From positions 1 through 53,828 of the forward strand of contig CAJUGR010000002.1 in NCBI GenBank assembly GCA_910586285.1: 53,828 nt of DNA, written 5' to 3'. The notes under the pieces are model-generated. The model had not been told where the DNA came from. It saw only the letters and a program-made list of their open reading frames with translations, and did no database searches. Position numbers and translations under genes: made by a program. Origin of the DNA: an uncultured Erysipelotrichaceae bacterium (GTDB lineage Bacteria; Bacillota_I; Bacilli_A; Erysipelotrichales; Erysipelotrichaceae). Positions 40,854 to 50,230 of the stretch are shown in pieces. Position 1 is the stretch's first letter, and the number at the start of each line of letters is the position of its first letter.

Positions 40854-43800
40854 TGGAAATATTAAAACGCTTATATGATAATCCGGCGATCAAACATTTT
40901 TTGGATCACAGTGCGAAATTCGGCAATTTATCTTTAATTGAAGAAGCGCTGATCATTGCGGCATCCTTTCAAAAAAAACCTCAGCCTATCGTCATTGTAA
41001 AATCAAATTTATATACAGCACAGCGCTTAGCCGATCGATTGACCCCCATGGTAAATGCGCCGGTGCTGCTTTTTGGTGTGGAAGAATCACTGCGAATGGA
41101 GACAATCGCTCGTTCCCCGGAAATGCGGGCAGCGCAGATGGAAACCTTAGCGGCCTTACAAAACGGAACAGCGATGATCTGTATTACTCATAGTGCCGGT
41201 ATGCTGCGCTATCTCTGTGACCCAAAACAGTTTCAAAAGCACACCATTCACTTGCGTGTTAATGAAGAATTTCCGCTGGATCAATTAAAAAAGAAACTTT
41301 TAGAAGCGGGTTATGATCCGGTATCACGTGTTGATCAACCGCTTTGTTTTGCATCACGCGGCGGAATCATCGATGTATATTCCATCAATTATGATTTGCC
41401 TGTTCGCATTGAATTCTTTGATAATGAGATTGAAAGCATCCGTTTTTTTGATATTTCAAGTCAGCGAACGGTAGAAATCAAAGAGGCAGTGGATATTATC
41501 CCGGCCAGTGAATATTTATTTTCTGCGGAAGAATTAGACATCATTGCCAAGGAATGTGAAAAGGGAATGACCAAGGCAAAAAATCAAGGTCATGTAACCA
41601 CGCTGCGCGTAACCATTGAACAGGAATTGGAAGATCTGCGTCATCATCGCTCCTTTGGCAATCTGTATAAATACTTCTCTTTATTGCCGCAGCACGCAAC
41701 CTTACTTGACTATATAAATCATCCGTACGTCATCTTTTCCAGTGAAGAAGAAATTCGTCAGTCAATTCATCATATCCAAGAGGAAAACATTCAGTATATA
41801 CAGGAAATGAGTCAGGAAGGCTTGGCGTTGGCAAAGTTCTCACTCTTTGCGGATCCGTTCCAGGAAGTCATGCGGAGGGATCATCTAATGATTGGTATGT
41901 TTGCGGATTTTAATCACAATGAGTCCGCAAACATTTTAACGCACACTGTACAAGATTATCATTTTACACAAATTATGGAACAGTTGATCAAAGAAGCCCA
42001 AAATTATGATGTGCTGTTAAGCTTAACCAAAAAAGAAATACGCATAGTCTGTGATTATTTTAATGAGCATGGGACTGCTTATACAGTGATGGATAACATG
42101 GATAACCTGCCAAAGGGCATTTCCGTTATTGAAGGTACACTAAAAGAAGGCTTTGTCTGCACTGAGGAAAAAATCAGTGTTTATACTTCCAAGGAATTAT
42201 TTCATACAAAAGAGCGGACGATGCGTTTTGCGAATAAGTTTAAAGAAGCAGAGGTATTACATGATTATTTGGAATTGACACCGGGAGATTATGTGGTTCA
42301 TCACCAGTACGGTGTCGGGCAATATATGGGAATCGTCAATAAAGAGGTTGACGGGGTACATAAGGATTTTTTGAACATTGCGTATAAAGGCAATGACGTG
42401 TTATTCGTGCCGTTGGAACAATTCCGCTTCATTCGCAAATTTATGTCAAAGGAAGGCGCGGTGCCGAAATTAAATCAACTGGGCAGCGGAGAATGGGAAA
42501 AAACCAAACAGAAGGTCAGCGGCAAAATTGCGGAATTGGCCGAGCGTTTAATTTCTTTATATTCATTACGGGAAGAACGAATCGGTTTTGCTTATTCCAA
42601 AGATACGCCGTTTCAAAAGCAATTTGAAGATGATTTTAACTATGAGTTAACTCAAGATCAAAAACAAGCTATTGCGGAAATCAAGCAGGATATGGAAGCT
42701 TCTAAGCCGATGGATCGCCTTTTATGTGGAGATGTCGGATTCGGAAAAACCGAGGTTGCCATCCGGGCAGCTTTTAAGGCCATCATGGATCAAAAACAAG
42801 TGGCATTCCTGTGTCCGACTACCATATTGTCCCTTCAGCATTATCGAACATTTCAAGAGCGCTTTGCAAATTACCCGGTCAATATTGCCGTGTTGAATCG
42901 TTTTGTGCCCCCGGCCGCTGTCAATCAAATAAAAAAAGAATTAAAAGAAGGAAAAATTGATATTTTAATCGGGACTCATCGTATTTTATCGAAAGATATT
43001 CACTTTCATGATCTCGGCTTTTTGGTCATCGATGAGGAGCAGCGTTTCGGGGTGGAGCATAAGGAAAAAATCAAAGAAATGCGAGCGGAAATTGATGTAT
43101 TGTCCATGAGTGCGACACCCATACCGCGTACCTTACAGATGTCATTGATTGGAGTTCGATCATTATCACAACTGGAAACACCCCCGTTAAATCGATTGCC
43201 GGTACAAACCTATGTGATCGAAAAGAATTTCGGTATGGTGAAAGAGATCATTCAAAGAGAATTGGCACGCGGTGGTCAGATATTTTATTTATTTAACAAT
43301 GTAAATGAAATTTATCAGGTCGCAGCACAGCTGCGAGAGGCACTGCCGGATACGGAAATCGCTGTGGCACACGGTAAAATGAATCGTGAAGAGATTGAAG
43401 ATGTGATGATACGTTTTACCGAAAATGAATATCAAGTGTTGGTTTGTACAACCATTATTGAAACCGGAATTGATATTCCTAATGCCAATACGATCATCAT
43501 TGATCAGGCAGATCGCTTTGGCTTGGCACAATTATATCAGATTAAAGGACGAGTCGGCCGCAGTGATCGTTTGGCCTATGCTTATTTGATGTATTCTCCC
43601 GATAAACAACTAAGTGAAGTGGCGATGAAACGATTAAAATCTATCAAAGAATTTGCCCAATTAGGCAGCGGTTATAAAATTGCCATGCGTGACTTGTCAA
43701 TTCGCGGCGCCGGTGATATGTTAGGACCGCAACAGGCCGGATTTATTGATACTGTGGGTATTGATATGTACATTGAAATGCTAAATGAGGCCATAGCGCA

Positions 43801-44314
43801 GCGCAAAGGCAGTACAAAAGTGGAAGATACAGCAGCAAAGGCGCAGACAAAGCCATTGCCAAAGAAAGCCAATACCAAGGTGGATGCGTATATACCGGCG
43901 CAATTTGCCCCACAGGATTATGAGAAAATTAAATTGTACCAACAAATTGAAAATATTGCCACTAAGGAACAGTTACTTACCTTTATAGAAGAAATTCAAG
44001 ATAATTACGGACGATTACCTCATTCTGTACAATTATTATTTGAAAAAAAGCGATTGGATATTTTGATCAACGAACCGCATGTCGAGGACTTTAAAGAGTT
44101 TCCGCAGCAAATTAAGCTGGTCTTTACCCAAGCATGGTCAAATCAAATTGACGGGGTCAAGCTGTTTGAAATGATGACAACAATTTGTCGTGAAGCGCAG
44201 ATTCGTTATGCCCATCAAAAAATTACAATGACGATGCCGAAAAATCGTAATTGGCTTGCAGTCGTGATTGAAATTTTAGAGCAGACCCGATTACTGGAAG
44301 CAAGAAAAAAATAA
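40850..44314 (+). CDS. mfd: Transcription-repair coupling factor
   Basis: RGGIIDV, GDYVVH, CGDVGFGKTEVA, IDEEQRFGV, SATPIPRTL, GRVGRS, RDLSIRGAG. Confidence 0.97.
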   Translation: MMEILKRLYDNPAIKHFLDHSAKFGNLSLIEEALIIAASFQKKPQPIVIVKSNLYTAQRLADRLTPMVNAPVLLFGVEESLRMETIARSPEMRAAQMETLAALQNGTAMICITHSAGMLRYLCDPKQFQKHTIHLRVNEEFPLDQLKKKLLEAGYDPVSRVDQPLCFASRGGIIDVYSINYDLPVRIEFFDNEIESIRFFDISSQRTVEIKEAVDIIPASEYLFSAEELDIIAKECEKGMTKAKNQGHVTTLRVTIEQELEDLRHHRSFGNLYKYFSLLPQHATLLDYINHPYVIFSSEEEIRQSIHHIQEENIQYIQEMSQEGLALAKFSLFADPFQEVMRRDHLMIGMFADFNHNESANILTHTVQDYHFTQIMEQLIKEAQNYDVLLSLTKKEIRIVCDYFNEHGTAYTVMDNMDNLPKGISVIEGTLKEGFVCTEEKISVYTSKELFHTKERTMRFANKFKEAEVLHDYLELTPGDYVVHHQYGVGQYMGIVNKEVDGVHKDFLNIAYKGNDVLFVPLEQFRFIRKFMSKEGAVPKLNQLGSGEWEKTKQKVSGKIAELAERLISLYSLREERIGFAYSKDTPFQKQFEDDFNYELTQDQKQAIAEIKQDMEASKPMDRLLCGDVGFGKTEVAIRAAFKAIMDQKQVAFLCPTTILSLQHYRTFQERFANYPVNIAVLNRFVPPAAVNQIKKELKEGKIDILIGTHRILSKDIHFHDLGFLVIDEEQRFGVEHKEKIKEMRAEIDVLSMSATPIPRTLQMSLIGVRSLSQLETPPLNRLPVQTYVIEKNFGMVKEIIQRELARGGQIFYLFNNVNEIYQVAAQLREALPDTEIAVAHGKMNREEIEDVMIRFTENEYQVLVCTTIIETGIDIPNANTIIIDQADRFGLAQLYQIKGRVGRSDRLAYAYLMYSPDKQLSEVAMKRLKSIKEFAQLGSGYKIAMRDLSIRGAGDMLGPQQAGFIDTVGIDMYIEMLNEAIAQRKGSTKVEDTAAKAQTKPLPKKANTKVDAYIPAQFAPQDYEKIKLYQQIENIATKEQLLTFIEEIQDNYGRLPHSVQLLFEKKRLDILINEPHVEDFKEFPQQIKLVFTQAWSNQIDGVKLFEMMTTICREAQIRYAHQKITMTMPKNRNWLAVVIEILEQTRLLEARKK

Positions 44315-44760
44315 AAAACGTTTAACGAAAGAAGTAGACGCGAAAGCTGAAACACAAAGGTTTATCTAACATAATCGACAGAGAAATTTCACTTACTTAT
44401 GTTGCGAATTGGCATAAGAAAATGTTTATATACCAGTTTTATCATTATTGTCATAGAATATTTTATAAAGAAAATATGTTTCTTTCTTCATTTTGAAGAC
44501 AAGAAGCTAATAACATGAGTAATCATGACTGATAATGATTAATATCGTTTTTGCTTAATAAAAAATTAAATCATTTTCATCCATGTAAGGTTTCATACTA
44601 TTTCATCTTTCCGAAATTAAACTCTTTATGAGTATAGATAGTGAAGTGAAAATATTCTGTATTTCATAATAAGTTAAAATCTATCCGATAAAAAACGACC
44701 TAAAAAGGCGAGGCGGTGTAATCATGGTAATGAGATACAAGCTCCCGGCGGAAATATAAT

Positions 44761-44872
44761 AAAAAGCGACCTGCATAAGCAAGCCACTTTTCGTTGATGC
44801 GCATATCAGGGAGATACCGTGACCTACGAATGTGGGTGGGGGAAGATCAGTAGGCCACGTTGCTCATCAACA
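44761..44872 (-). ncRNA. Candidate structured small RNA with its own promoter and terminator
   Basis: TTGATA (44906-44901)-17-TAGAAT (44883-44878); three-way-junction fold; terminator with G-U pairs that work only on the - strand. Confidence 0.55.
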
Positions 44873-45030
44873 CTATTATTCTATCCGAGAATAAAAAAAT
44901 TATCAATATTTTTGGCGCGAATTCAAGTCGAAATTAAAAAACGCGGATTAAGTGGCAAAATTGGACTTCGACTGCAATTAAAATCACACAATTTATAGAT
45001 ATAGAGGATAAAAGAATTTTAATTATCTAC

Positions 45031-45059
45031 TTGAAAAAGAGACAAAATGAGCATATAGT
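45031..45059 (+). promoter_or_regulatory. Probable sigma-A promoter of ftsH
   Basis: TTGAAA-17-TATAGT. Confidence 0.5.
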
Positions 45060-45241
45060 ATACGCAAGACAACGGTAAAGTGATGAATTTCAGATCAAAA
45101 ACAGTGATCAAATACTCTGTAAATAAGAGCTGAAAATATACCATACTAAAATTGCAGTAATCTTAATAGAAAAATAAATGCAACGATAGGTTTTGCTTGC
45201 TGATGAATCGTATTGCAAAATATCAATGAGGAGTGATAGAA

Positions 45242-47077
45242 ATGAATAAGAAAAAGAGGCCGTTATATCTATATTATCTTTCAATTATGATTGTGATTCT
45301 TTTGTTAAACAGATTTTTATCCGATTTATTGCTTAGTCGGCAAGAGGAAGTAACCTATAATGAATTTCAAACGGCACTGATCGGTAAAAAAATTGATGAA
45401 GTACAGGTGGAAAATGAAGTCATAACATATACCTTGAAGCAGGATGAAAAGCATAAGCAATATGTGACCGGAAATATGCAGGATCCCAATCTTACCGAAC
45501 AATTAAATGAAGCCGAGGTTAAATACAGTCGAATTTATCCTCAGGAAATCAATCCGTTTGTGAGTTTACTTGTGACCTTTTTATTGCCGGTATTGATATT
45601 TTGGGGCTTGGGTAATTTGCTATTTAAACGGTTACAGAAGAAGATGGGAAATGACGGCATGACATTTGGTGGCGGGGGCGGTTTCGGAAATTTTGGAAAA
45701 GCCAATGCGCAAGTCTACGTGGAAGCCCAAAGCGGTAAGCGTTTCAGTGATGTGGCCGGTCAGGATGAGGCCAAAGAAGCATTGTTGGAGATGGTGGATT
45801 TTCTGAAGAATCCGAAAAAATATGAAAAGATCGGGGCTCAGATGCCAAAAGGGGCACTGCTTGTCGGGCCGCCGGGTACCGGTAAAACATTATTGGCAAA
45901 AGCCGTTGCCGGGGAAGCAGGAGTACCATTCTTCTCCATTTCCGGCTCTGAATTTGTGGAAATGTTTGTCGGTCGCGGAGCGGCAAGAGTTCGTGATTTA
46001 TTTAAACAAGCAAGAGAAAAAGCGCCCTGTATCGTTTTTATCGATGAGATTGACACGATTGGTAAAAAGCGTGATGGCGGTGGGATCGGCGGAAATGATG
46101 AACGTGAACAGACATTAAATCAACTGTTGGCGGAAATGGATGGCTTTGACGGTTCGAAAGGCGTGGTGATTTTGGCCGCTACCAATCGCCCGGAATCGCT
46201 GGATGCGGCATTGCTTCGTCCGGGACGTTTTGATCGCCGAATACCGGTTGAACTTCCTGATTTAAAGGGAAGAGAAGAAATCTTAAAAGTACACGCCAAG
46301 AATGTTAAGGTCGGAACCAATATTGATTTTAATGCGATCGCCCGTGCAACAGCGGGAGCCAGTGGTGCCGAATTGGCAAACATTGTGAATGAAGCCGCAT
46401 TATTAGCTGTAAAGGATAATCGCAGCGTGGTATCACAAACCGATTTTGATGAAGCGGTAGAAACGGTTATTGCCGGTTATCAACGCAAAGGAGCGGTTAT
46501 TTCCACGCGCGAAAAACTGATTGTCTCCTATCATGAAATCGGACACGCCCTTGTGGCCGCAAAACTGAAAAATACTGCGCCGGTACATAAAATTACTATT
46601 ATTCCTCGGACTTCGGGTGCCCTTGGGTATACGATGCAGGTGGAAGAACAGGAAAGCAATTTGATGACAAAAGATGAGGGCTTTGAAAAAATCGTGACAT
46701 TCTGCGGCGGTCGAGCGGCAGAAGAATTGATATTCCACAGTATCACCAGTGGTGCATCCAATGATATTGAACAGGCAACGCGAATCGCTCGGGCGATGAT
46801 TACACGCTTGGGAATGAGCGAGGAATTTGGTATGGTGGCGTTAGAAACCGTCAGTAACCAATATCTAAGTCAGGATACTTCCTTAATGTGCTCTGATGAT
46901 ACTGCGGCCAAAGTGGATGATGCGGTAATGCGAATGATTAAAGAGGCACATGAAAAAGCAAGAGCGATTTTGGAAGAAAACAAAGATCAATTACACGAAC
47001 TGGCGAAGTATCTTTATGAAAGAGAAACGATCACCGGTGATGAATTTATGAAAATACTGAGTCAAAAAGAAGCATAA
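45242..47077 (+). CDS. ftsH: ATP-dependent zinc metalloprotease FtsH
   Basis: Two TM segments, [46 protein letters not shown] at 45242 with GAGGAG RBS. Confidence 0.96.
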   Translation: MNKKKRPLYLYYLSIMIVILLLNRFLSDLLLSRQEEVTYNEFQTALIGKKIDEVQVENEVITYTLKQDEKHKQYVTGNMQDPNLTEQLNEAEVKYSRIYPQEINPFVSLLVTFLLPVLIFWGLGNLLFKRLQKKMGNDGMTFGGGGGFGNFGKANAQVYVEAQSGKRFSDVAGQDEAKEALLEMVDFLKNPKKYEKIGAQMPKGALLVGPPGTGKTLLAKAVAGEAGVPFFSISGSEFVEMFVGRGAARVRDLFKQAREKAPCIVFIDEIDTIGKKRDGGGIGGNDEREQTLNQLLAEMDGFDGSKGVVILAATNRPESLDAALLRPGRFDRRIPVELPDLKGREEILKVHAKNVKVGTNIDFNAIARATAGASGAELANIVNEAALLAVKDNRSVVSQTDFDEAVETVIAGYQRKGAVISTREKLIVSYHEIGHALVAAKLKNTAPVHKITIIPRTSGALGYTMQVEEQESNLMTKDEGFEKIVTFCGGRAAEELIFHSITSGASNDIEQATRIARAMITRLGMSEEFGMVALETVSNQYLSQDTSLMCSDDTAAKVDDAVMRMIKEAHEKARAILEENKDQLHELAKYLYERETITGDEFMKILSQKEA

Positions 47078-47078
47078 T

Positions 47079-47123
47079 AAAAACCCATCCGGCATGAATA
47101 TCAGTGCAGAAGATGGGTTTTTT
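47079..47123. terminator. Bidirectional terminator between convergent ftsH and the glucosaminidase gene
   Basis: AAAAACCCATC...GATGGGTTTTT inverted repeat. Confidence 0.7.
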
Positions 47124-48756
47124 AGTGAAAATAGGCGGCCGGAATATAGACGATATCATTGTGATGATTATAATGATCCGGCTCTACTACAAGCATATTG
47201 CGAGCGTTGTTCAGAACACCATCACTTTGTACCTTATACCAAGTCGAATTATTATCAACCTCTTCTCCTTGTACCTCTCCGACAATCACCATGGCATATT
47301 GTTCTGCCGGCGGAGTATAAAAGAGAATTTTACTGGCGGTATCCGGCTGCGAATATAACGGTGTTTTCAGCTGTTTTTGTAATACCTTGATCGTATAGCG
47401 CGTCTCATCTTTACCGCCAAGTACCGCATCCATATTACGATAATATTGTGCGGCCTTTTCTCCCCAATACGGATCTGAGGCATACTTCACATTCATACCA
47501 CTGCCCTTATCACCGAAATAACCGCCGCGATAACGACTTGCTTCATTGGTATAGCATGTATTGGGTCCGGGGTTACTATCCGGATCACTTTGATCACAAG
47601 GATTCATATAGCCGCGATTCAAAAAGATCGATGCATGGGCAGCGATACCGGCTGCTATATCCTTATAACCGCTGGCATTTTCATTCGGCGCATAGTCATA
47701 AGCCGCATGGCCAAACAGATTATTTTTTGTAATCGCAATTTCACTGCGACCGTAATTGCTTTCATTGATGGCTAATGCCAACATCATTAACGCATTTACC
47801 CCATAAGTATTTTGGGCTTCGATAAATGAATATCCTTCCTCATAAAGCTGACTGTTCGTTTCTGCACAAGGGAATTGCGTTGGTTTTTGGAGAAATCCGA
47901 GGTAGGATGAGATATACCGATTAATTTCTTTTGATACATAAGATGTTTTTGCCCGGTGGGATAAGAATTGATAATAATTGTAGTGTGGTGCTTTGGCATT
48001 GAGACTGTGCTGATAAGTATCGTTGCGCAAATCATCAATCATTTGAGTATATTCATGATAGAAGTAATGACCGTCATAACTGTATAAGCGATCCTTACCC
48101 ATATCGACATCCGCAGTTCCGATATTGAGAGTGAAGGCATAGTCCTTTTTTGTAATATCGGTAGTGCCATAATGGATTAGTGAATGATCTTTGAGCATAT
48201 AATGACTGATAGTTTGAACCTTTTCACTGTCGTAAATATTAAAAATCTCGACATCGCTGCGCTTGACCCAACCGGTAACGCCGCTTAAGCGAAAACGTAC
48301 TTCTTCCCCACGATCATCAGTTTCCAAATAAGCACCGTCAGCGCCGTAACAGCCATTGGTATAACCGTCATTTCCACTGATTTCTTCGCGATAAGTCGTA
48401 TTTTCGCCACAGGTTTTGGTGCGAAAATTCACGACACCATAGCGAATCGCCAAGATATTTCCCTGTTCATCTAAAATCGCGGGATTACCGTTATCATCAT
48501 CAATCTGTTTCTGCATTTCGCGCTTCGCGTTTTTAAAATTTGTATCATAGCGCACCGTCACTGTTTCTTGATCGGGATAAAAAATCACCAGTTGATAATG
48601 TTGCGGCGAGGAATGAAAACGCACGATGAAAATTACCGCAATCACAAGTAATACTGCGGAAAATATTGCTTCTTTCTGCAGGCGCTGCGCCTGTTTCGTA
48701 TATTTTGGTTTCCTGCGCTTTGTCCGCGCTGTGGTTTTCTTTTTCGTCTGTGCCAT
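47122..48756 (-). CDS. Membrane-anchored GH73 glucosaminidase-domain peptidoglycan hydrolase
   Basis: Basic N-terminus + TM; YGVNALMMLALAINESNYGRS, KNNLFG, GMNVKYASDPYWGEK; SH3-like segments. Confidence 0.88.
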   Translation of the reverse strand: MAQTKKKTTARTKRRKPKYTKQAQRLQKEAIFSAVLLVIAVIFIVRFHSSPQHYQLVIFYPDQETVTVRYDTNFKNAKREMQKQIDDDNGNPAILDEQGNILAIRYGVVNFRTKTCGENTTYREEISGNDGYTNGCYGADGAYLETDDRGEEVRFRLSGVTGWVKRSDVEIFNIYDSEKVQTISHYMLKDHSLIHYGTTDITKKDYAFTLNIGTADVDMGKDRLYSYDGHYFYHEYTQMIDDLRNDTYQHSLNAKAPHYNYYQFLSHRAKTSYVSKEINRYISSYLGFLQKPTQFPCAETNSQLYEEGYSFIEAQNTYGVNALMMLALAINESNYGRSEIAITKNNLFGHAAYDYAPNENASGYKDIAAGIAAHASIFLNRGYMNPCDQSDPDSNPGPNTCYTNEASRYRGGYFGDKGSGMNVKYASDPYWGEKAAQYYRNMDAVLGGKDETRYTIKVLQKQLKTPLYSQPDTASKILFYTPPAEQYAMVIVGEVQGEEVDNNSTWYKVQSDGVLNNARNMLVVEPDHYNHHNDIVYIPAAYFH

Positions 48757-48913
48757 AATAACCTCATCTATATTTTACATGAAAAATCATTCGAATAAAA
48801 CAACGATCGAAAAAAATCATCACTTTTTGAAAAATAACAATGATCGCTGAAACACGCGTGAGTATACTTTTAAATCCAATTATGATAATATGAAAGAGAA
48901 GGAGAGAAAAATT

Positions 48914-49207
48914 ATGAAAAAAATACTTATGATCATCGGCGGTGTCGTGGTGGTGCTATTAGTATGTGCGGGTGGTTTCATCTATTATCAATTTCAAACT
49001 TCCGATCAATTTGTTTGTGAATCAGAGAGTGGAACCATTACCTTGCTTTATGATGAAGATTCGATCAACGGCTATATGGCAAATGGCATTTCCTATGATC
49101 TTGAAGCACAGAAAGCATATGCAAAGCAGGTCGGAATAGAAGTCTATTTAAAGGAATTTAATGAATTCTTTCAGGCCAATATGAACGGCACTTGCCATAA
49201 GAAATAA
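48914..49207 (+). CDS. Small hypothetical exported or membrane-anchored protein
   Basis: MKKILMIIGGVVVVLLVCAGG signal anchor; GGAG RBS. Confidence 0.65.
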   Translation: MKKILMIIGGVVVVLLVCAGGFIYYQFQTSDQFVCESESGTITLLYDEDSINGYMANGISYDLEAQKAYAKQVGIEVYLKEFNEFFQANMNGTCHKK

Positions 49208-49215
49208 TAAGGGGA

Positions 49216-49396
49216 ATGATGAAAAAAGTTTCCTATATTCGGGGCCTGCCTTATGCTTTACGGATTATAAGGACTCATTATGGAAGCTATCAGTGAAAAA
49301 AGCTATGGAGAGTATATTACAGAAAATATTTTTAAACCATTAGGCATGATCATTCTGGCACAACTGTGAATGAAAAGCCAAATAACACGGGATAAG
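49216..49396 (+). pseudogene. Remnant of a serine hydrolase (beta-lactamase/AmpC-like) gene
   Basis: 49271-49348 reads GLIMEAISEKSYGEYITENIFKPLGM, a typical motif of this family; preceded by a frameshifted signal-peptide-like start and an in-frame TAA. Confidence 0.65.
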
Positions 49397-49465
49397 TAAT
49401 CCTTATTTATTCGCTGTTATCAATTTAGGCTGAAAAGATGAAAAAGAAACAAAAAGCTATAAATC

Positions 49466-49499
49466 AGAGCGCATAGAATAACAATCTATGTGCTTTTTT
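49466..49499 (+). terminator. Intrinsic terminator
   Basis: AGAGCGCAUAGA-AUAACAA-UCUAUGUGCUUU plus a U-run. Confidence 0.65.
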
Positions 49500-49622
49500 C
49501 GTTGAAGGGGTGTTGGTTCTATCGTTGCTTAAGCCGGTTTGCTATTTTGAACAGAAGCAATCAAAAGAAAGTAGGTTTGATGTAATGGAATGAAAAATTA
49601 AAATAAAATTATAATTTTATTA

Positions 49623-49651
49623 TTGACTATATTCAACATGTTGAATATAAT
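49623..49651 (+). promoter_or_regulatory. Sigma-A promoter with overlapping 22-bp palindromic operator (probable PadR site)
   Basis: TTGACT-17-TATAAT; perfect palindrome TATATTCAACATGTTGAATATA at 49628-49649. Confidence 0.8.
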
Positions 49652-49687
49652 AAAGACACATTGCAATGGATTTAGGAGGGTACAAGG

Positions 49688-50230
49688 ATGCTAAAACATG
49701 GAATTTTAGGTTTGTTAAATTATCAAGATATGACCGGATATGAACTTATGGAGGTATTTCGTGATTCGTTAAATTTTTTCTGGGATGCAAAAACCAGTCA
49801 GATTTATCGGGAATTACAAGGACTCGAAAAAAAAGATTGGGTCAGTAAAACAGTAGTACCACAAAGCGGTAAACCGGATAAGAATGTTTTCGCGATTACG
49901 GAATCAGGTAGAAAAGAACTGTTGAGATGGCTTGCGGATGATGACTTGGGACTTCGCAGTAAAACTCCGATTTTAATGAAGGTCTTTTTTCTTGGGGAAA
50001 GAACCGTTGAAGAAAACATTCGTTACTTTGAAAGTGTAAAGGAAAGCTGTGAATTATTTCTAAAGAGTTTGAATTCTACACCGCAATATATTGAGACTTA
50101 TGGCAATATGATTGATCAGAGGGAGAAAGTCTGCTATTGGCAGATGACGGTGGAATATGGAAGACGAAATATGCAGATGCAAATTGAATGGGCGCAGGAT
50201 TGCATACGGCGGCTGAAAGGGGAACTTTGA
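49688..50230 (+). CDS. PadR-family transcriptional regulator (long, AphA-like C-terminus)
   Basis: LKHGILGLL...MTGYEL, FFW.AK.SQIY.EL..LE, PDK..F.IT..GR.EL..WL. Confidence 0.92.
   Translation: MLKHGILGLLNYQDMTGYELMEVFRDSLNFFWDAKTSQIYRELQGLEKKDWVSKTVVPQSGKPDKNVFAITESGRKELLRWLADDDLGLRSKTPILMKVFFLGERTVEENIRYFESVKESCELFLKSLNSTPQYIETYGNMIDQREKVCYWQMTVEYGRRNMQMQIEWAQDCIRRLKGEL

Noticed and set aside
44761..44872. Candidate RNA as 6S RNA, tRNA or riboswitch
   Set aside because: Too short for 6S, no cloverleaf or T-loop, no riboswitch consensus I recognise and no downstream gene.
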